Part shown: positions 9,756 to 22,423 of the stretch, one piece after another
Numbering within the stretch: the first letter of the stretch is position 1
Layout: each line of letters starts with the position of its first letter
Assembly (NCBI GenBank): GCA_050733075.1
Contig: JBOHSD010000002.1
Coordinates: forward strand, 109,553-173,552
Direction: 5' to 3'
DNA length: 64,000 nt
Source: Gemmatimonadales bacterium
GTDB lineage: Bacteria > Gemmatimonadota > Gemmatimonadetes > Gemmatimonadales > GWC2-71-9
Translations under genes and position numbers: made by a program
Notes under the pieces: generated by a model
Seen by the model: the letters and a program-made list of their open reading frames with translations, nothing else
Databases searched by the model: none
Told to the model about the DNA's origin: nothing

Positions 9756-11750
9756 TCAGAAATGGAACCTCGCTCCCCCGTACACCCCTCGCGGCCGCCC
9801 GGGAAAGCCGGCGGCCTGATGGTACCTCTCCTGGAAGAGGTTCTCCACCCTGAGCATGCCGGAGAGTCCCCCGCGCCCGTAGGCTGCGGGCAGAACCTGG
9901 AGCTCGGCGGTCAGGTCCACCAGGGTGTAGGGAGAGAGCTCGACTCGTTGGCTGGAGAATTGGTCGAAGGCTACATCATCGCGGCGCCCCACGTACGACA
10001 CCGAGCCTCCCAGGGTGACTCGCCCGGCCAGGCGAACCCGGGCCACGAGCTGGGCCGAATGGGCCGGCCGTCGGATGAGGCGCTGCCCCCGTTGGAAGGA
10101 TGCCGAAGGCAATCCTGCGTCATCAGTCGCTCGCGTCAGCAGATAGACGTACGCCACGGAGGCCGTCACGGCCGACCCCAGTGACGCTTTCACGCCGGTC
10201 TCTATGCCGCGCGCGAGGGCCGCGGCGCCGTTCCGATAGGTCGGCTCGCCTGGAGCCCCGCTGCCATCGTACAGTATCATGTCGCGGAACCGCTGATCGA
10301 AGTAGGTCGCCCAGGCAGACACTCGGCCGGAGGCCAGCCCCTGCTCCAGGGCGGCCTCCCAGGACGTGGCCCGTTCGGGCCTGAGGGTCGGGTCGCCCAC
10401 CACAAAGGGAGCGTCGCAGAACTGCTCGCAGAAGGTCGGAGCCTTGAACGACCGGCCCACCGAGGCGCGCACCCGTGTCCCGGAAGCCCAACGGTATGCC
10501 ACGCCGGCCCGGTAGGCGAAGAAGGTGCCAAACGCACTGTTGTCGTCTACCCGCGCGTTGAGATTGAGAGCCAGGCCGGAAGCGAAATCGAGCAGGCTCT
10601 GCGCGTAGTAACCCAGCGTGGTGCGGCCACGGTCGAACGGTGTGTCGCTCGTGGTAACGATCTCGCCGAAATTCGAGGTGGTCTCGCCCGCCTGACTCTC
10701 GGTTTCCCGCTCCAACTGGCCTCCCAGCGTGACGGTGAGCACCCGGCTGAGGTTCCCGTTCACCCTCAGGTCCAGGTTGCCGCGGTCGGCCTGCCAGGTC
10801 CGGTGGGAAGCAAAGCCGAAACCCAGGGTGTCCGTGGAGTTGTCGGGGCGGTCGTCGAACTCACCATCGGTACGGGCTCCGCCGGCCGTGAGGCGCAGCT
10901 CATAGCGCTCACCCAGGCGGCCTCCGATGTCCGCCCCCAGCGAGAGCGCCTTTTCAGCGTTCGATTGGTTGCTGTCGGCCAGCACCCCTGCAAAATCGGT
11001 GGGAAAGTGATACCGGCTGTCGCTGTAGCGGACCGAGAGCGTTGCATCGCTGCCCGGCGCCGGGAAGCCCTGTACCGATCCGCTCAGAACGGTATTGCCG
11101 TACCCGCTGTTGAACGGGTATGTGCCGTCGGTCGAGAAACGACTCGCGTCCGCCGAGTAGCTGAGCCGACCGCTGCCGCCGAGAACGCCGCCGTGGCCGT
11201 TCACCGTACCAAAGCTGCCCGCTTCCCCGCCCGCCTCGATAGCAAGGCCTCCCTGTCCCCGCCGGGTGAAGATCTGCACTACACCGGTCATGGCGTCGGA
11301 TCCATAGACCACGCTGGCCGGTCCCCGCAGGATCTCGATTCGATCCAGGTTCTCGGTAGTGAGGTTGGCCCAGTTGTACCCGCCACCGGACTGGTTCACC
11401 GGTATGCCGTCCACCAGCACCTTGACGTAGTCGCTCTCGCCACCGCGCAGGAAGAGGGAGCTCAGGCCGCCGAAGGACCCTCCTTGCACCAGAGTTGCGC
11501 CTGGCACTTCACGCAACGCATCCTGCACGAAGCGCACGCCCCGGGCCCGGAGGTCATCGCCACTGATGGTGGTCACCGATGACACCACGGCATCCGGATG
11601 GGTCGGGAGCCGGGTGGCCGTGACTACCAGTTCATCCAGCCGGGTGGTGTCCTGCGACTCCTGCGCCTCAAGCGAGCCGGAAAGGATCGCTGCCGACAAC
11701 AGATTCAATACGGCGAACCGCATGGTAAGCCTCCAGCACAGAAGTTTCAT
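9756..11750 (-). CDS. TonB-dependent outer-membrane receptor (BtuB-like, by riboswitch context)
   Basis: Signal peptide, plug-domain motif DELVVTATR, long beta-barrel, C-terminal ...GARFHF. Start set at the ATG at 11750, which overlaps the upstream stop (ATGA); an alternative ATG is at 11723. Confidence 0.9.
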   Translation of the reverse strand: MKLLCWRLTMRFAVLNLLSAAILSGSLEAQESQDTTRLDELVVTATRLPTHPDAVVSSVTTISGDDLRARGVRFVQDALREVPGATLVQGGSFGGLSSLFLRGGESDYVKVLVDGIPVNQSGGGYNWANLTTENLDRIEILRGPASVVYGSDAMTGVVQIFTRRGQGGLAIEAGGEAGSFGTVNGHGGVLGGSGRLSYSADASRFSTDGTYPFNSGYGNTVLSGSVQGFPAPGSDATLSVRYSDSRYHFPTDFAGVLADSNQSNAEKALSLGADIGGRLGERYELRLTAGGARTDGEFDDRPDNSTDTLGFGFASHRTWQADRGNLDLRVNGNLSRVLTVTLGGQLERETESQAGETTSNFGEIVTTSDTPFDRGRTTLGYYAQSLLDFASGLALNLNARVDDNSAFGTFFAYRAGVAYRWASGTRVRASVGRSFKAPTFCEQFCDAPFVVGDPTLRPERATSWEAALEQGLASGRVSAWATYFDQRFRDMILYDGSGAPGEPTYRNGAAALARGIETGVKASLGSAVTASVAYVYLLTRATDDAGLPSASFQRGQRLIRRPAHSAQLVARVRLAGRVTLGGSVSYVGRRDDVAFDQFSSQRVELSPYTLVDLTAELQVLPAAYGRGGLSGMLRVENLFQERYHQAAGFPGRPRGVYGGARFHF

Positions 11751-12541
11751 GGGGAGCGTTTCTCGCCTGCTCTGAGGGGGACCACCTGCGGGCATCCGTC
11801 GGACCAGGTGGTGACCGCCACAGGCCACTCGAAGACCCGGCTCAAGGTGCCCTCATCGAGGACCGTGGCCGGTGTTCCCTCCGACACGACCCGACCCTGG
11901 TCCAGGAGGATTATCCGATCGGCGAACCGGGCAGCCAGGTTTAGATCGTGGGTGATGACGAGACCGGCGAGACCGTTATCCACCAGTTGCCGCACCAGCT
12001 CGAGGAGCTCCATCTCATGGCGCACATCGAGCGAGGCGGTAGGCTCGTCGAGCAGGAGCGCGCGAGGCTCCTGGGCAAGCGCACGGGCGATCCGGACTCG
12101 CTTCCACTCGCCTCCGGAGAGGGAGTCGGTAGATCGCTCTGCCAGCTCGAGCACATCGCAGCGTTCAAGCGCCGCATGCACCGCCCGCCGATCCGTGATT
12201 CCCGGAGCCGAGAGTGCCCCAAGACGGGCATAGCGGCCCAGCATCACCGTTTCAGCCACCGTGAGGCGGAAGACCGCGTCCTCCTGTTGCCCGACCACTC
12301 CCAGCACCTGCGCCAGGGAGCGGCGGGGCCATTCGCTGACTGGCCGCCCGTCTACCAGCACGATCCCGCGTTCGAGCGCTACCAGCCCGAGCAGGGCGCG
12401 AACCAGCGTGGTCTTCCCGCTGCCGTTCGGTCCCGCCACGGCCACCAGCTCCGAGCCGGCCACCTGGCAGGTCACGCCGTCCAGCGCGGCAGGTGCTCCG
12501 GGACGGTAGCGTACCGTGATGCCCCTGGCCTCGAGGATCAT
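11747..12541 (-). CDS. ABC transporter ATP-binding protein (BtuD/FecE family)
   Basis: Walker A GPNGSGKTT, signature LSGGEWKR, Walker B LLLDEP. Start trimmed to MILEARGITV, which overlaps the permease stop (ATGA). Confidence 0.9.
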   Translation of the reverse strand: MILEARGITVRYRPGAPAALDGVTCQVAGSELVAVAGPNGSGKTTLVRALLGLVALERGIVLVDGRPVSEWPRRSLAQVLGVVGQQEDAVFRLTVAETVMLGRYARLGALSAPGITDRRAVHAALERCDVLELAERSTDSLSGGEWKRVRIARALAQEPRALLLDEPTASLDVRHEMELLELVRQLVDNGLAGLVITHDLNLAARFADRIILLDQGRVVSEGTPATVLDEGTLSRVFEWPVAVTTWSDGCPQVVPLRAGEKRSP

Positions 12542-13512
12542 GTCAGTGTTCTCCGCAGCAGGACTGCAAACAGCGGCACTCCGATGAGCGCCGTTATCAC
12601 GCCGACGGGTAGCTCCAGCGGACGCACGGCCGTGCGGGATACCACGTCGGCGAGCACGAGAAAGCATCCACCCACCAGAAACACCAGCGGAAGCAGAACG
12701 CGGTGCAGAGGGCGGAACATGGTGCGCACGGCATGCGGTACTACCAGGCCAACGAAGCCGATGATACCGCAGGTGGCGACGCTTGCCGCGGTGAGAAGAG
12801 CGGTGCACAGATAGATGGTCCGGCGCAGGCGATCGACTTCCGCTCCCAGGTGGTGGGCCGGCTCATCGCCGAGCGCAATCAAGTCCAGCGATCGGGCGTG
12901 GAACATGATCAGCGCGATCGGGATGGAGGCATAGACCGAAAAGACCGCGAGGGCCCGCCAGGAAGAGGCACCGAAGCCCCCGAGCAGCCAGAGGAAGGCG
13001 TTGCGCACCCCGGGCGCGTCCGAGAGCACCATGACGGCGCTCATGAGGGCTCCCGCAAACGCCCCTACAACGACACCCGAGAGAAGCAGCACGTGAGGAT
13101 CGAGCCGCCGTCCGGCGACCAGGCTCAGACGGTATACCAGGGCTATCGCGGCGAGGGCACCGACAAACGCGGCCAGCGGGATTGCCCATGCACCGCCGGC
13201 GCGGGTCGCGATAGCGACCACGGCGCCCAGTCCTGCACCGCTGGAGAGGCCCAGGAGATAGGGTTCGGCAAGGGGGTTGCGGATCATGGCTTGGAGGGCG
13301 GCGCCACAGATTCCGAGGCTGCCACCCACCAGGAAAGCGAGCATCACCCGGGGGGCCCGGAGGTCGCGAACGATGGGCGAGGCTGGAGCATCGGCGTACC
13401 AGAGGCCGTCCCAGACCTCGCCCAGCGGAAGTGAGACCGCGCCGGCACTAAGTCCCAGCAGGAGAGAGGCCGCCACGACGCCGGCTAGTGCACCCAGCCG
13501 CGGCGCCCTCAC
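12538..13512 (-). CDS. FecCD-family ABC permease (BtuC/HmuU-like)
   Basis: 324-aa polytopic membrane ORF with typical FecCD family features (ALVGAxLG-type helices). Confidence 0.9.
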   Translation of the reverse strand: MRAPRLGALAGVVAASLLLGLSAGAVSLPLGEVWDGLWYADAPASPIVRDLRAPRVMLAFLVGGSLGICGAALQAMIRNPLAEPYLLGLSSGAGLGAVVAIATRAGGAWAIPLAAFVGALAAIALVYRLSLVAGRRLDPHVLLLSGVVVGAFAGALMSAVMVLSDAPGVRNAFLWLLGGFGASSWRALAVFSVYASIPIALIMFHARSLDLIALGDEPAHHLGAEVDRLRRTIYLCTALLTAASVATCGIIGFVGLVVPHAVRTMFRPLHRVLLPLVFLVGGCFLVLADVVSRTAVRPLELPVGVITALIGVPLFAVLLRRTLT

Positions 13513-14429
13513 CTATGCCGCCCGTCGAGCTGGGCGGTGAGCCTCCGAATGGCCTGGGGCGAGCGGGGACTGGGGCGGCTGAACTCGGAGCCGTGGACCC
13601 GCAGGAATCGGCGCTCCCGGACGGCGGGCACCACCTGCCATTCGGGCCGCCCCGCGAAGGCGGAGGGTCCATCGGCGGTGATGAAGATCAGATCCGGGTT
13701 CCGCGCGGCCACCGCCTCGATGCTCACCACGCCGGAAGATGCGGCCACGTCGGCAAAGAGGTTCTGGCCCCCGGCACGCTCCAGCAGCTCGTTGAGAAAG
13801 CTGCCCCGCCCGATGGTCATGGGTGGCTGCTCCCAGACGAGGAGCAGAACCCGGGGCCGGCCGGCTGCTCTCGACCTGGTGGCGGATGTCAGCGCGGTAT
13901 CGAAGACGGCGGCGAGCGAGTCGGCCGCTCGCTCCCGGCCCGTGAGCCTTCCAAGGATACCGGCCACGCGCGGCACACTGCTCAGGTCATCGGTGTTCAC
14001 CCGGAGCGCCGCGATGCCTAGCTCGCTGAGTCGGCCCGCGACAGCGGCGTTCTGACCTGAGTTGTACAGGACCACGAGGTCCGGGCTCCGGGCCAGGACG
14101 GCCTCGATGTTGGGCCTGATGCCGTCGCCCACATCAGGCACGTCTCCAGCGGCAGCGGGGTAGTCGCAGTAACTGGTTCGGCCAACCACGGCGGAACCAG
14201 CCCCGATGGCAAAGAGCAACTCGGTGGTCGCCGGGATCAGTGAGACGACGCGTTTGGCCGCCGCGGTGAGTCTCACGGTATCGCCGGAATCGTCTACCAG
14301 ACTGATAACGGCAGGGCCGGCGGGGGCGGGCCGGCAGGCGCTCCCCCCAACACCGGCGCCGACCAGGAGGAAGGCGACGAATGATCCAGCGAGCGACGGA
14401 CGGGGTGGGCTGAAAATGATGGCGCCCAT
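13509..14429 (-). CDS. Periplasmic substrate-binding protein, BtuF/class-8 PBP-like
   Basis: Signal/lipoprotein-like N-terminus (GGSAC), then RVVSLIPATTELLFAIGA...VVGRTSYCDYP and PDLVV motifs typical of cobalamin/siderophore binding proteins. First gene after the cobalamin riboswitch. Confidence 0.85.
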   Translation of the reverse strand: MGAIIFSPPRPSLAGSFVAFLLVGAGVGGSACRPAPAGPAVISLVDDSGDTVRLTAAAKRVVSLIPATTELLFAIGAGSAVVGRTSYCDYPAAAGDVPDVGDGIRPNIEAVLARSPDLVVLYNSGQNAAVAGRLSELGIAALRVNTDDLSSVPRVAGILGRLTGRERAADSLAAVFDTALTSATRSRAAGRPRVLLLVWEQPPMTIGRGSFLNELLERAGGQNLFADVAASSGVVSIEAVAARNPDLIFITADGPSAFAGRPEWQVVPAVRERRFLRVHGSEFSRPSPRSPQAIRRLTAQLDGRHR

Positions 14430-14439
14430 CTCCTGGACT

Positions 14440-14670
14440 CGGAGGATGGGCGATAGCGGGGGTTACCCGGGCACGCCACCAACCCTCCCCCGAGGGCTTC
14501 ATGGTGGCACGAACGGAGAGGTCTCCTGGCTTCGGGCCTCCACTCGCCTTCCCGGTTTCCCAGTGGCGTTGTGAGTGGAGAGCCTGGCCGTCAACGGCCA
14601 GGTGCCCGTTACAGTGGCGGGGCCGCGCCGGTCTTGCACCGGCTTCCGAGTAGCCCCGTTCGTGTTCCTT
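14440..14670 (-). promoter_or_regulatory. Cobalamin (B12) riboswitch
   Basis: The minus strand reads CACGAACGG...GGAAGCCGGTGCAAGACCGGCGCGGCCCCGCCACTGTAACGGG...GCCACTGGGAAACCGGGAAGGC...GCCCGAAGCCAGGAGACCT...CCGTTCGTG. P1 is a perfect 9-bp helix (14656-14664 with 14508-14516). The B12 box AGCCAGGAGACCT is present. The element lies upstream of the btuF-like ATG at 14429. Confidence 0.9.
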
Positions 14671-14692
14671 CAGTTGTTCCGCAGCGGCTAGT

Positions 14693-15808
14693 CTATGGGC
14701 TTTCCCTCCGAGCCGCAAGGGACGCCTCGAGTTGCGTCTTGAGCCGGGCCCGGTTGCTCTGATAGGAGCGCCACTCCGCGGGCGAGGTTTCCAGCTCACG
14801 CCCGGCGTACCTGGCATCGAGCGTGGCAATCATCTCCAGCAACTCCTCCGCCGGCGGCCGGGAAAGCGCGGTCCTGCGGTGGGAGAGCACGTACCACCCT
14901 GCTCCGACGAGCACCAGGACAACCGCACCAACCAGCGCTGCCAATAACCGTTCCGGAGCCCGCGAAGCGACCGGGAGCATGACCCGCACCAGCCCTCCGG
15001 CGGGAACCGCGCCAGTCCAGCGCCGGAACCAGCGCCCCTGGATGAATTGACTGTCGGCCAACGCCAGCCCGCCGTTCGCGGTCACATTCTTTTCCTCGGC
15101 CAGCACGTTCACCATCGAGACCGGCTCCGGAAAGGGAAGCTCGAGGACCTGCTCACCCGGCGGGATCACATACTGCACGGTGACCTGCTTCTCCCCCGGT
15201 GCCAGTGGAGCCGTCACGATCAACGAGTCGTTGCGCCGGCTGACGGCGTCTGGTGAGAGGTCGCTCTCCCCCAGCTCCATCCCGAGCGTCCCCGGAGGCA
15301 GCGGGCCACCCCACGCCGGCCGTGAGCTGTCCGGCGCTACCCGGGTGAGCCGCCCATTGTTTCGCAAGATGATGAGATCCAGCACGCTGCGGGTACCTTC
15401 CTCACCTGGACGCGTCAGCACCAGATGCCGGGCCTCCAGGGCGATCGGAGCTGTGGTGGATGTGTCGTATACCACGATCGGAATGGCGGTGTCGGGCCGC
15501 TCGGGGTTGGTGTGCACCGGGGTTGAGAAGTACTCGATCCCGGCGTACCGGGCACTGAGCAGGTAGAGGGCGGCTGTGTCCGAAGGAAACCGGAAACGGA
15601 AGCGGCCCCGCCGGTCCGAGCTGGTGGAGTCCAGCGGTCCCTGCACCGCTCGTCCAACCCGATGCAGTACCACTCTAGCTCCGGCCACCGGAGTTGAATC
15701 GGCCCGAAGCACTCGGCCTTCAGCCCGGACGGTTTGAGCGGAGAGGGTGACGGAGAAGGCGGAGAAGGCGGAGAGGACCCACCCAACGGTCCGCTTCGCC
15801 ATCTCCAT
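14693..15808 (-). CDS. Membrane-anchored protein with carboxypeptidase-regulatory-like N-terminal domain (function unknown)
   Basis: Signal peptide (MEMAKRTVGWVLSAFSAFSVTLSA), then GRVL..D..PVAGARVVLH...D..GRFRF. One TM helix near the C-terminus (LLAALVGAVVLVLVGAGWYVL) and a cytoplasmic helical tail. Start trimmed to avoid overlapping the upstream gene. Confidence 0.55.
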   Translation of the reverse strand: MEMAKRTVGWVLSAFSAFSVTLSAQTVRAEGRVLRADSTPVAGARVVLHRVGRAVQGPLDSTSSDRRGRFRFRFPSDTAALYLLSARYAGIEYFSTPVHTNPERPDTAIPIVVYDTSTTAPIALEARHLVLTRPGEEGTRSVLDLIILRNNGRLTRVAPDSSRPAWGGPLPPGTLGMELGESDLSPDAVSRRNDSLIVTAPLAPGEKQVTVQYVIPPGEQVLELPFPEPVSMVNVLAEEKNVTANGGLALADSQFIQGRWFRRWTGAVPAGGLVRVMLPVASRAPERLLAALVGAVVLVLVGAGWYVLSHRRTALSRPPAEELLEMIATLDARYAGRELETSPAEWRSYQSNRARLKTQLEASLAARRESP

Positions 15809-15815
15809 CCGGCCA

Positions 15816-16319
15816 CTACGGATTGAACTTCCCGAAGTCCTGCGGATCCATCTTCTCCAGGTAATCCTTGAGCTTGTCCGCCTCGAGAGAGGGGTTGGGC
15901 GAGGGCTCGTCGGTCTCGACTCCGCTCTGATCCAGAAGCTGGTCACTGGTGAAGATCGGGGCCCGCATCCGTAGCGCCAGGGCGATGCTGTCGGAGGGAC
16001 GGGCGTCCACCTGGAAGACATGATCCTCCCGGCGGATCAGCAGCTCGGCGAAATAGGTGTTCTCCTTGACGGCGCTGATCACGACCCGCCGGAGATCGCC
16101 TCCGAGTCCTACCAGGATCTGCTTCAGCAGGTCGTGGGTGAGAGGGCGCTGGGCTTTCATGCCCTGGAGCTCCATGGCGATGGCGCTCGCCTCGGCGGGC
16201 CCGATCCAGATCGGGAGGACCCGCGAGCCCTCCTTCTCCCGTAGAATCACTACCGGTGTATTGGTGGTTCTGTCGAGACCGAGGTGCGCCACCGTAACTT
16301 CGATCATCGGATCATCCAC
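15816..16319 (-). CDS. Bifunctional nuclease family protein (BFN/DUF151)
   Basis: PVVILREKEGSRVLPIWIGPAEASAI...RPLTHDL...V.I......TYFAEL..., the characteristic BFN domain pattern. Confidence 0.75.
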   Translation of the reverse strand: MDDPMIEVTVAHLGLDRTTNTPVVILREKEGSRVLPIWIGPAEASAIAMELQGMKAQRPLTHDLLKQILVGLGGDLRRVVISAVKENTYFAELLIRREDHVFQVDARPSDSIALALRMRAPIFTSDQLLDQSGVETDEPSPNPSLEADKLKDYLEKMDPQDFGKFNP

Positions 16320-18894
<2,575 letters not shown>

Positions 18895-18931
18895 GAAACC
18901 GGTCTCTGTTGGGGGACGATGATCGGCGAGA

Positions 18932-20752
18932 TTAAACGCTGCTCTTGCCGGGGGGCAAGGTAGCCACCCGACCACGGCCAGGCAACGCCGATTGAGGATC
19001 GAGGAGACGAAGGTCGATGTGCTCCCCCACGGCCTCTCTCAAGACGGCAGCCACCTCGGCGGCGCTGGCGGCGCCGAGCGCCAGGGCGGCCGCGCGGCGG
19101 GCCGACTCCTCCGGAACGGTGCGTATTACCCATTTTACCAGGGGAAGAGCCGGCGGCGATACACTAAGCCGGTCGTAGCCCAGCCCGATCAGGAGCACCG
19201 CGCTCAGCGGTTCGGATGCCATCTCGCCGCAGACGCTGACGGGGAGACCAGCAGCCCTGCCCACCTCCAGGACCCGGTGCAGTTGTCGCACCACCGATGG
19301 GTCGTGCGGGGTGAAGCGGTTGGCCAGCCGCGCGTTTCCCCGGTCTACGGCCATGGTATACTGGGTCAGGTCGTTGGTGCCGACGCTGAAAAACGAGCTC
19401 ACCTCGGCCAGCCGGTCCACCATCAATACGGCCGCGGGAGTCTCGATCATGACCCCCACTGGAACCGACGGGGCGCTCTGCACGCCGGCTTCCTGAAGGG
19501 CCCGGGCCTCTTCGCGGACCATGTCGGAGGCCTCCTGCACTTCCTGGACCGTGGTCACGAGCGGCAGCATCAGCTGGATATCGTATTCGGCCGCCGCGCG
19601 GAGCACCGCACGAATCTGGGGTCGGAACACCTCGGGCTGATCGAGGCAGACCCGGATCGAGCGCCAACCCAGGAACGGATTGGCCTCTGCCGGCGCCTTG
19701 AAGGACGCGGGGAACTTGTCGCCCCCCAGATCGAAGGAGCGGATCACAATCGTCTTGCCGGGAAATGCGCGGGCCACCCGCCGGAAGTAGGCGGTCTGCT
19801 CGTCCTCGGTGGGTAGATGGGTGCGGCCGGTAAGCAGGAACTCGGTGCGCAACAACCCCACCCCCTGGGCCCCCTGACGGGTGGCAGCCTCTATCTCCTC
19901 GGGCAAGTCGACATTGCCCATCAGCGTAATGGCGCGCCCCGAGGGAGTGACGGCCGCCTCACCCACTACGGCCTCGAGCTGGAGCTCGAGTCTGTGCCGC
20001 CGGCTGACCTGGACCTTGGCCTCCTCCAGCTCATCGCGGTTCGGGTCGAGCACGATGGTGCCGCTCTGGCCGTCCAGCAGGAGCGTGGTCCCGTTGGGAA
20101 TTCCCACCAGGGCCCCCGCCACTCCCATCACGGCCGGGATCCCCAGCGAGTGGGCCAGGATTGCGGCATGGGCCGTACGGGTCCCTTCCTCGCTTACCAG
20201 GCCAACGACGTGCTCCCGGTCGAGCTGAACGGTCAGCCCGGGAGAGAGCTCGTGTGCCACGACGATCACCTGCTCGTCGGCCGGGATGGACCACAGTTCG
20301 CTGTCGGTGCGGGCCCCCAGGAGCCGTTGCAACATCCTCATCTGGATTGCATGCAGGTCGGCCAGGCGCTCACGCAGCCGGGCGGCACCGGACCACTGGG
20401 CCCGGAGCTCGAGTGCCTTGAACTCGTAGGCGGTCTCGGCGCTGAGCTGGTTGTTGCGGATCAGGGTTTCGACCGAGGCGAGGAAATCTTCGTCTTGCGC
20501 CATGAGGATCTGGGCGTCGAAGATCCGCGACTCCTCGGGCCCGGCCCGCTGAAGCACACGTTCACCGAGCTCTCTCAGGTGAGAGACGACATAGTCCACG
20601 GCTTCCCGAAGCCGGCGCACCTCCTCCTCGACCTGATCCGGATGTACGGTCCGATCCGGGACCTCGGGAAAGTCCCACCGGAGAACCAGCGCCGGGGCGC
20701 AGGCCACGCCGGGAGATACCCCGATCCCGCGCAGCAGCCGGGGCCCGGTCAT
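18932..20752 (-). CDS. ptsI: Phosphoenolpyruvate-protein phosphotransferase (PTS enzyme I)
   Basis: GIGVSPG N-terminus, phospho-His region [11 protein letters not shown], and C-terminal PEP-utilising domain ([13 protein letters not shown]). Start trimmed to the ATG at 20752, which overlaps the ptsH stop. Confidence 0.9.
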   Translation of the reverse strand: MTGPRLLRGIGVSPGVACAPALVLRWDFPEVPDRTVHPDQVEEEVRRLREAVDYVVSHLRELGERVLQRAGPEESRIFDAQILMAQDEDFLASVETLIRNNQLSAETAYEFKALELRAQWSGAARLRERLADLHAIQMRMLQRLLGARTDSELWSIPADEQVIVVAHELSPGLTVQLDREHVVGLVSEEGTRTAHAAILAHSLGIPAVMGVAGALVGIPNGTTLLLDGQSGTIVLDPNRDELEEAKVQVSRRHRLELQLEAVVGEAAVTPSGRAITLMGNVDLPEEIEAATRQGAQGVGLLRTEFLLTGRTHLPTEDEQTAYFRRVARAFPGKTIVIRSFDLGGDKFPASFKAPAEANPFLGWRSIRVCLDQPEVFRPQIRAVLRAAAEYDIQLMLPLVTTVQEVQEASDMVREEARALQEAGVQSAPSVPVGVMIETPAAVLMVDRLAEVSSFFSVGTNDLTQYTMAVDRGNARLANRFTPHDPSVVRQLHRVLEVGRAAGLPVSVCGEMASEPLSAVLLIGLGYDRLSVSPPALPLVKWVIRTVPEESARRAAALALGAASAAEVAAVLREAVGEHIDLRLLDPQSALPGRGRVATLPPGKSSV

Positions 20753-21015
20753 TCCTCGCCGAACCCGCCCGAAACCAGGGCAGCGAGCGCCTCCGCAGCC
20801 CGCTCGGCATCCGGCCCCGTGGCCCGGATGGTGATCGAGCTGCCGCATTCGGCCGCCAGCATCATCACACCCATTATGCTCTTGCCATTCACCCCCACAC
20901 CGTCCTTGCAGATCTCGATATCGGAGTCGAACGAGTTGGCCAGACGCACGATACGCGCGGCGGGACGGGCATGGAGTCCCTCCTGGTTCACGATCGTGGC
21001 CTCGCGCTCGATCAC
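20749..21015 (-). CDS. ptsH: Phosphocarrier protein HPr
   Basis: GTG start gives MIEREATIVNQEGLHARPAARIV (His15 motif) and GKSIMGVMML (Ser46 motif). 88 aa. GTGA overlap with the IID stop. Confidence 0.85.
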   Translation of the reverse strand: MIEREATIVNQEGLHARPAARIVRLANSFDSDIEICKDGVGVNGKSIMGVMMLAAECGSSITIRATGPDAERAAEALAALVSGGFGEE

Positions 21016-21746
21016 AGGTTTGCCCGCCGCAGGAGTAATAGAAGGATCATGGCTGCCAGGGCGAAACGCACCGTCGTCAGGGCCGGCCCGAACCAGCGCG
21101 TCAGTGCGATGCCGGCCATGGCGACGGCCGCGGCACCAAATCCAACCGACCAGCCGAACCCCTTCAGGTACCAGGCGGCCACCACCGGAATCGCAGCTCC
21201 ACTGACGAACGCAGCCGCCGGCCCTACCCGCTCGATGGCGCGAGGAAGCCAGGAAACGGTGATGGCCGAGCCGACGCCCATACCCGAGGCCATACCGGTC
21301 CGGAGCGACCAGTAGCTGGTCCACAGGCGGATGCCGTTGTAGGCGAGGAGAAAGCCGCCGATTGCCCACCATCCGGCCCCAAGCACAACTCCGACCAGGG
21401 CTGCTCCCACCAGGGCTGGCACCAGTCCGGCCCAGAACAGCTCGTCTCCCATCGCTCCGAGCGGGCTGCATAGCGCGGTACGGAGCCGGATTATCTGGGC
21501 GCCGGGCACCGCCTCGTACTCCGCCCGGGTAGTGGCGCCGAGCGCCAGGCCGGCGAGGTTGGGATTGCAGTTGAAGAACTCAGCCGACCTTACCACGGCT
21601 TCGCCATGGCGCACCGGATCTACCGCCTTGAGGTCTTCCAGCAGGGGCTCGGCCGCGTATCCCATGCCGACGCCCAGCATTCGCTCGTAGTTCCAGGTGC
21701 CCTGGACGGCGAACAGCCGAAGCATGGCGCGCAAGGTCCCGGTCAT
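21012..21746 (-). CDS. PTS mannose/fructose/sorbose family IID component
   Basis: N-terminus LRLFAVQGTWNYERMLGVGMGYA matches the ManZ-type pattern, followed by membrane helices. Start at ATG 21746 overlaps the IIC stop. Confidence 0.8.
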   Translation of the reverse strand: MTGTLRAMLRLFAVQGTWNYERMLGVGMGYAAEPLLEDLKAVDPVRHGEAVVRSAEFFNCNPNLAGLALGATTRAEYEAVPGAQIIRLRTALCSPLGAMGDELFWAGLVPALVGAALVGVVLGAGWWAIGGFLLAYNGIRLWTSYWSLRTGMASGMGVGSAITVSWLPRAIERVGPAAAFVSGAAIPVVAAWYLKGFGWSVGFGAAAVAMAGIALTRWFGPALTTVRFALAAMILLLLLRRANL

Positions 21747-22423
21747 GCGATTACCGCCAGGACGACGCCTACACCCACACCGGCCATGAGCCACTTGAGT
21801 CGAATGCTGCGACCGGCGCTGCGGAACGCGCCATTCACCGCCGCCGCGAACGCCGCTCCAATGGCCACCAGAGTAAGCGCCACTGCGGTCTGCTTGTCGA
21901 GTTGCACCACGTCTCTGATGGCCAACGCGAGCACGACTCCGAGCAGCGTCAACCCGAATCCGCGGGCCGCATCCCGCAGCAGGCCTCCGTACTGAAGCCG
22001 GCGAATGGCGCTGGTCTCGCCAGCCGCCAGAGCAGCCGCCCGCCGCTGGATCGCCCGCGCATTCGACCGGCGCACCGCCTGGAGAGACCACTCTCCGGCC
22101 ACCGCCAGCACCAGGGCCAGGGCGACGCTGAGACCGAGACCCAGCTCCCACGGAGTGCCGACACCCAGGGTGACCGCCGCCACCGTCGCCGGGCCATAGT
22201 CGGGATAGCGTACCGCCCCCACAGGGAGGACGTCGAGGGCGAACAGCTCAAGGAGGACACCGATCCTGAGCCCGGCTTCGATGTCTCCGGCCAGCCAGCC
22301 CGCAACGCTCCCGGCCACCAGCGGCCGCGAAATCATCGCCTGGGGAACGCTGACCAGATCGAGTCCTACCAGAGTTCCCCAGAGCAGAAGCGCAACGATG
22401 ACCTGGAGCGGAAAGTCGATCAT
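21743..22423 (-). CDS. PTS mannose/fructose/sorbose family IIC component
   Basis: 226-aa polytopic membrane ORF, located between the IIB and IID genes. Confidence 0.75.
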   Translation of the reverse strand: MIDFPLQVIVALLLWGTLVGLDLVSVPQAMISRPLVAGSVAGWLAGDIEAGLRIGVLLELFALDVLPVGAVRYPDYGPATVAAVTLGVGTPWELGLGLSVALALVLAVAGEWSLQAVRRSNARAIQRRAAALAAGETSAIRRLQYGGLLRDAARGFGLTLLGVVLALAIRDVVQLDKQTAVALTLVAIGAAFAAAVNGAFRSAGRSIRLKWLMAGVGVGVVLAVIA

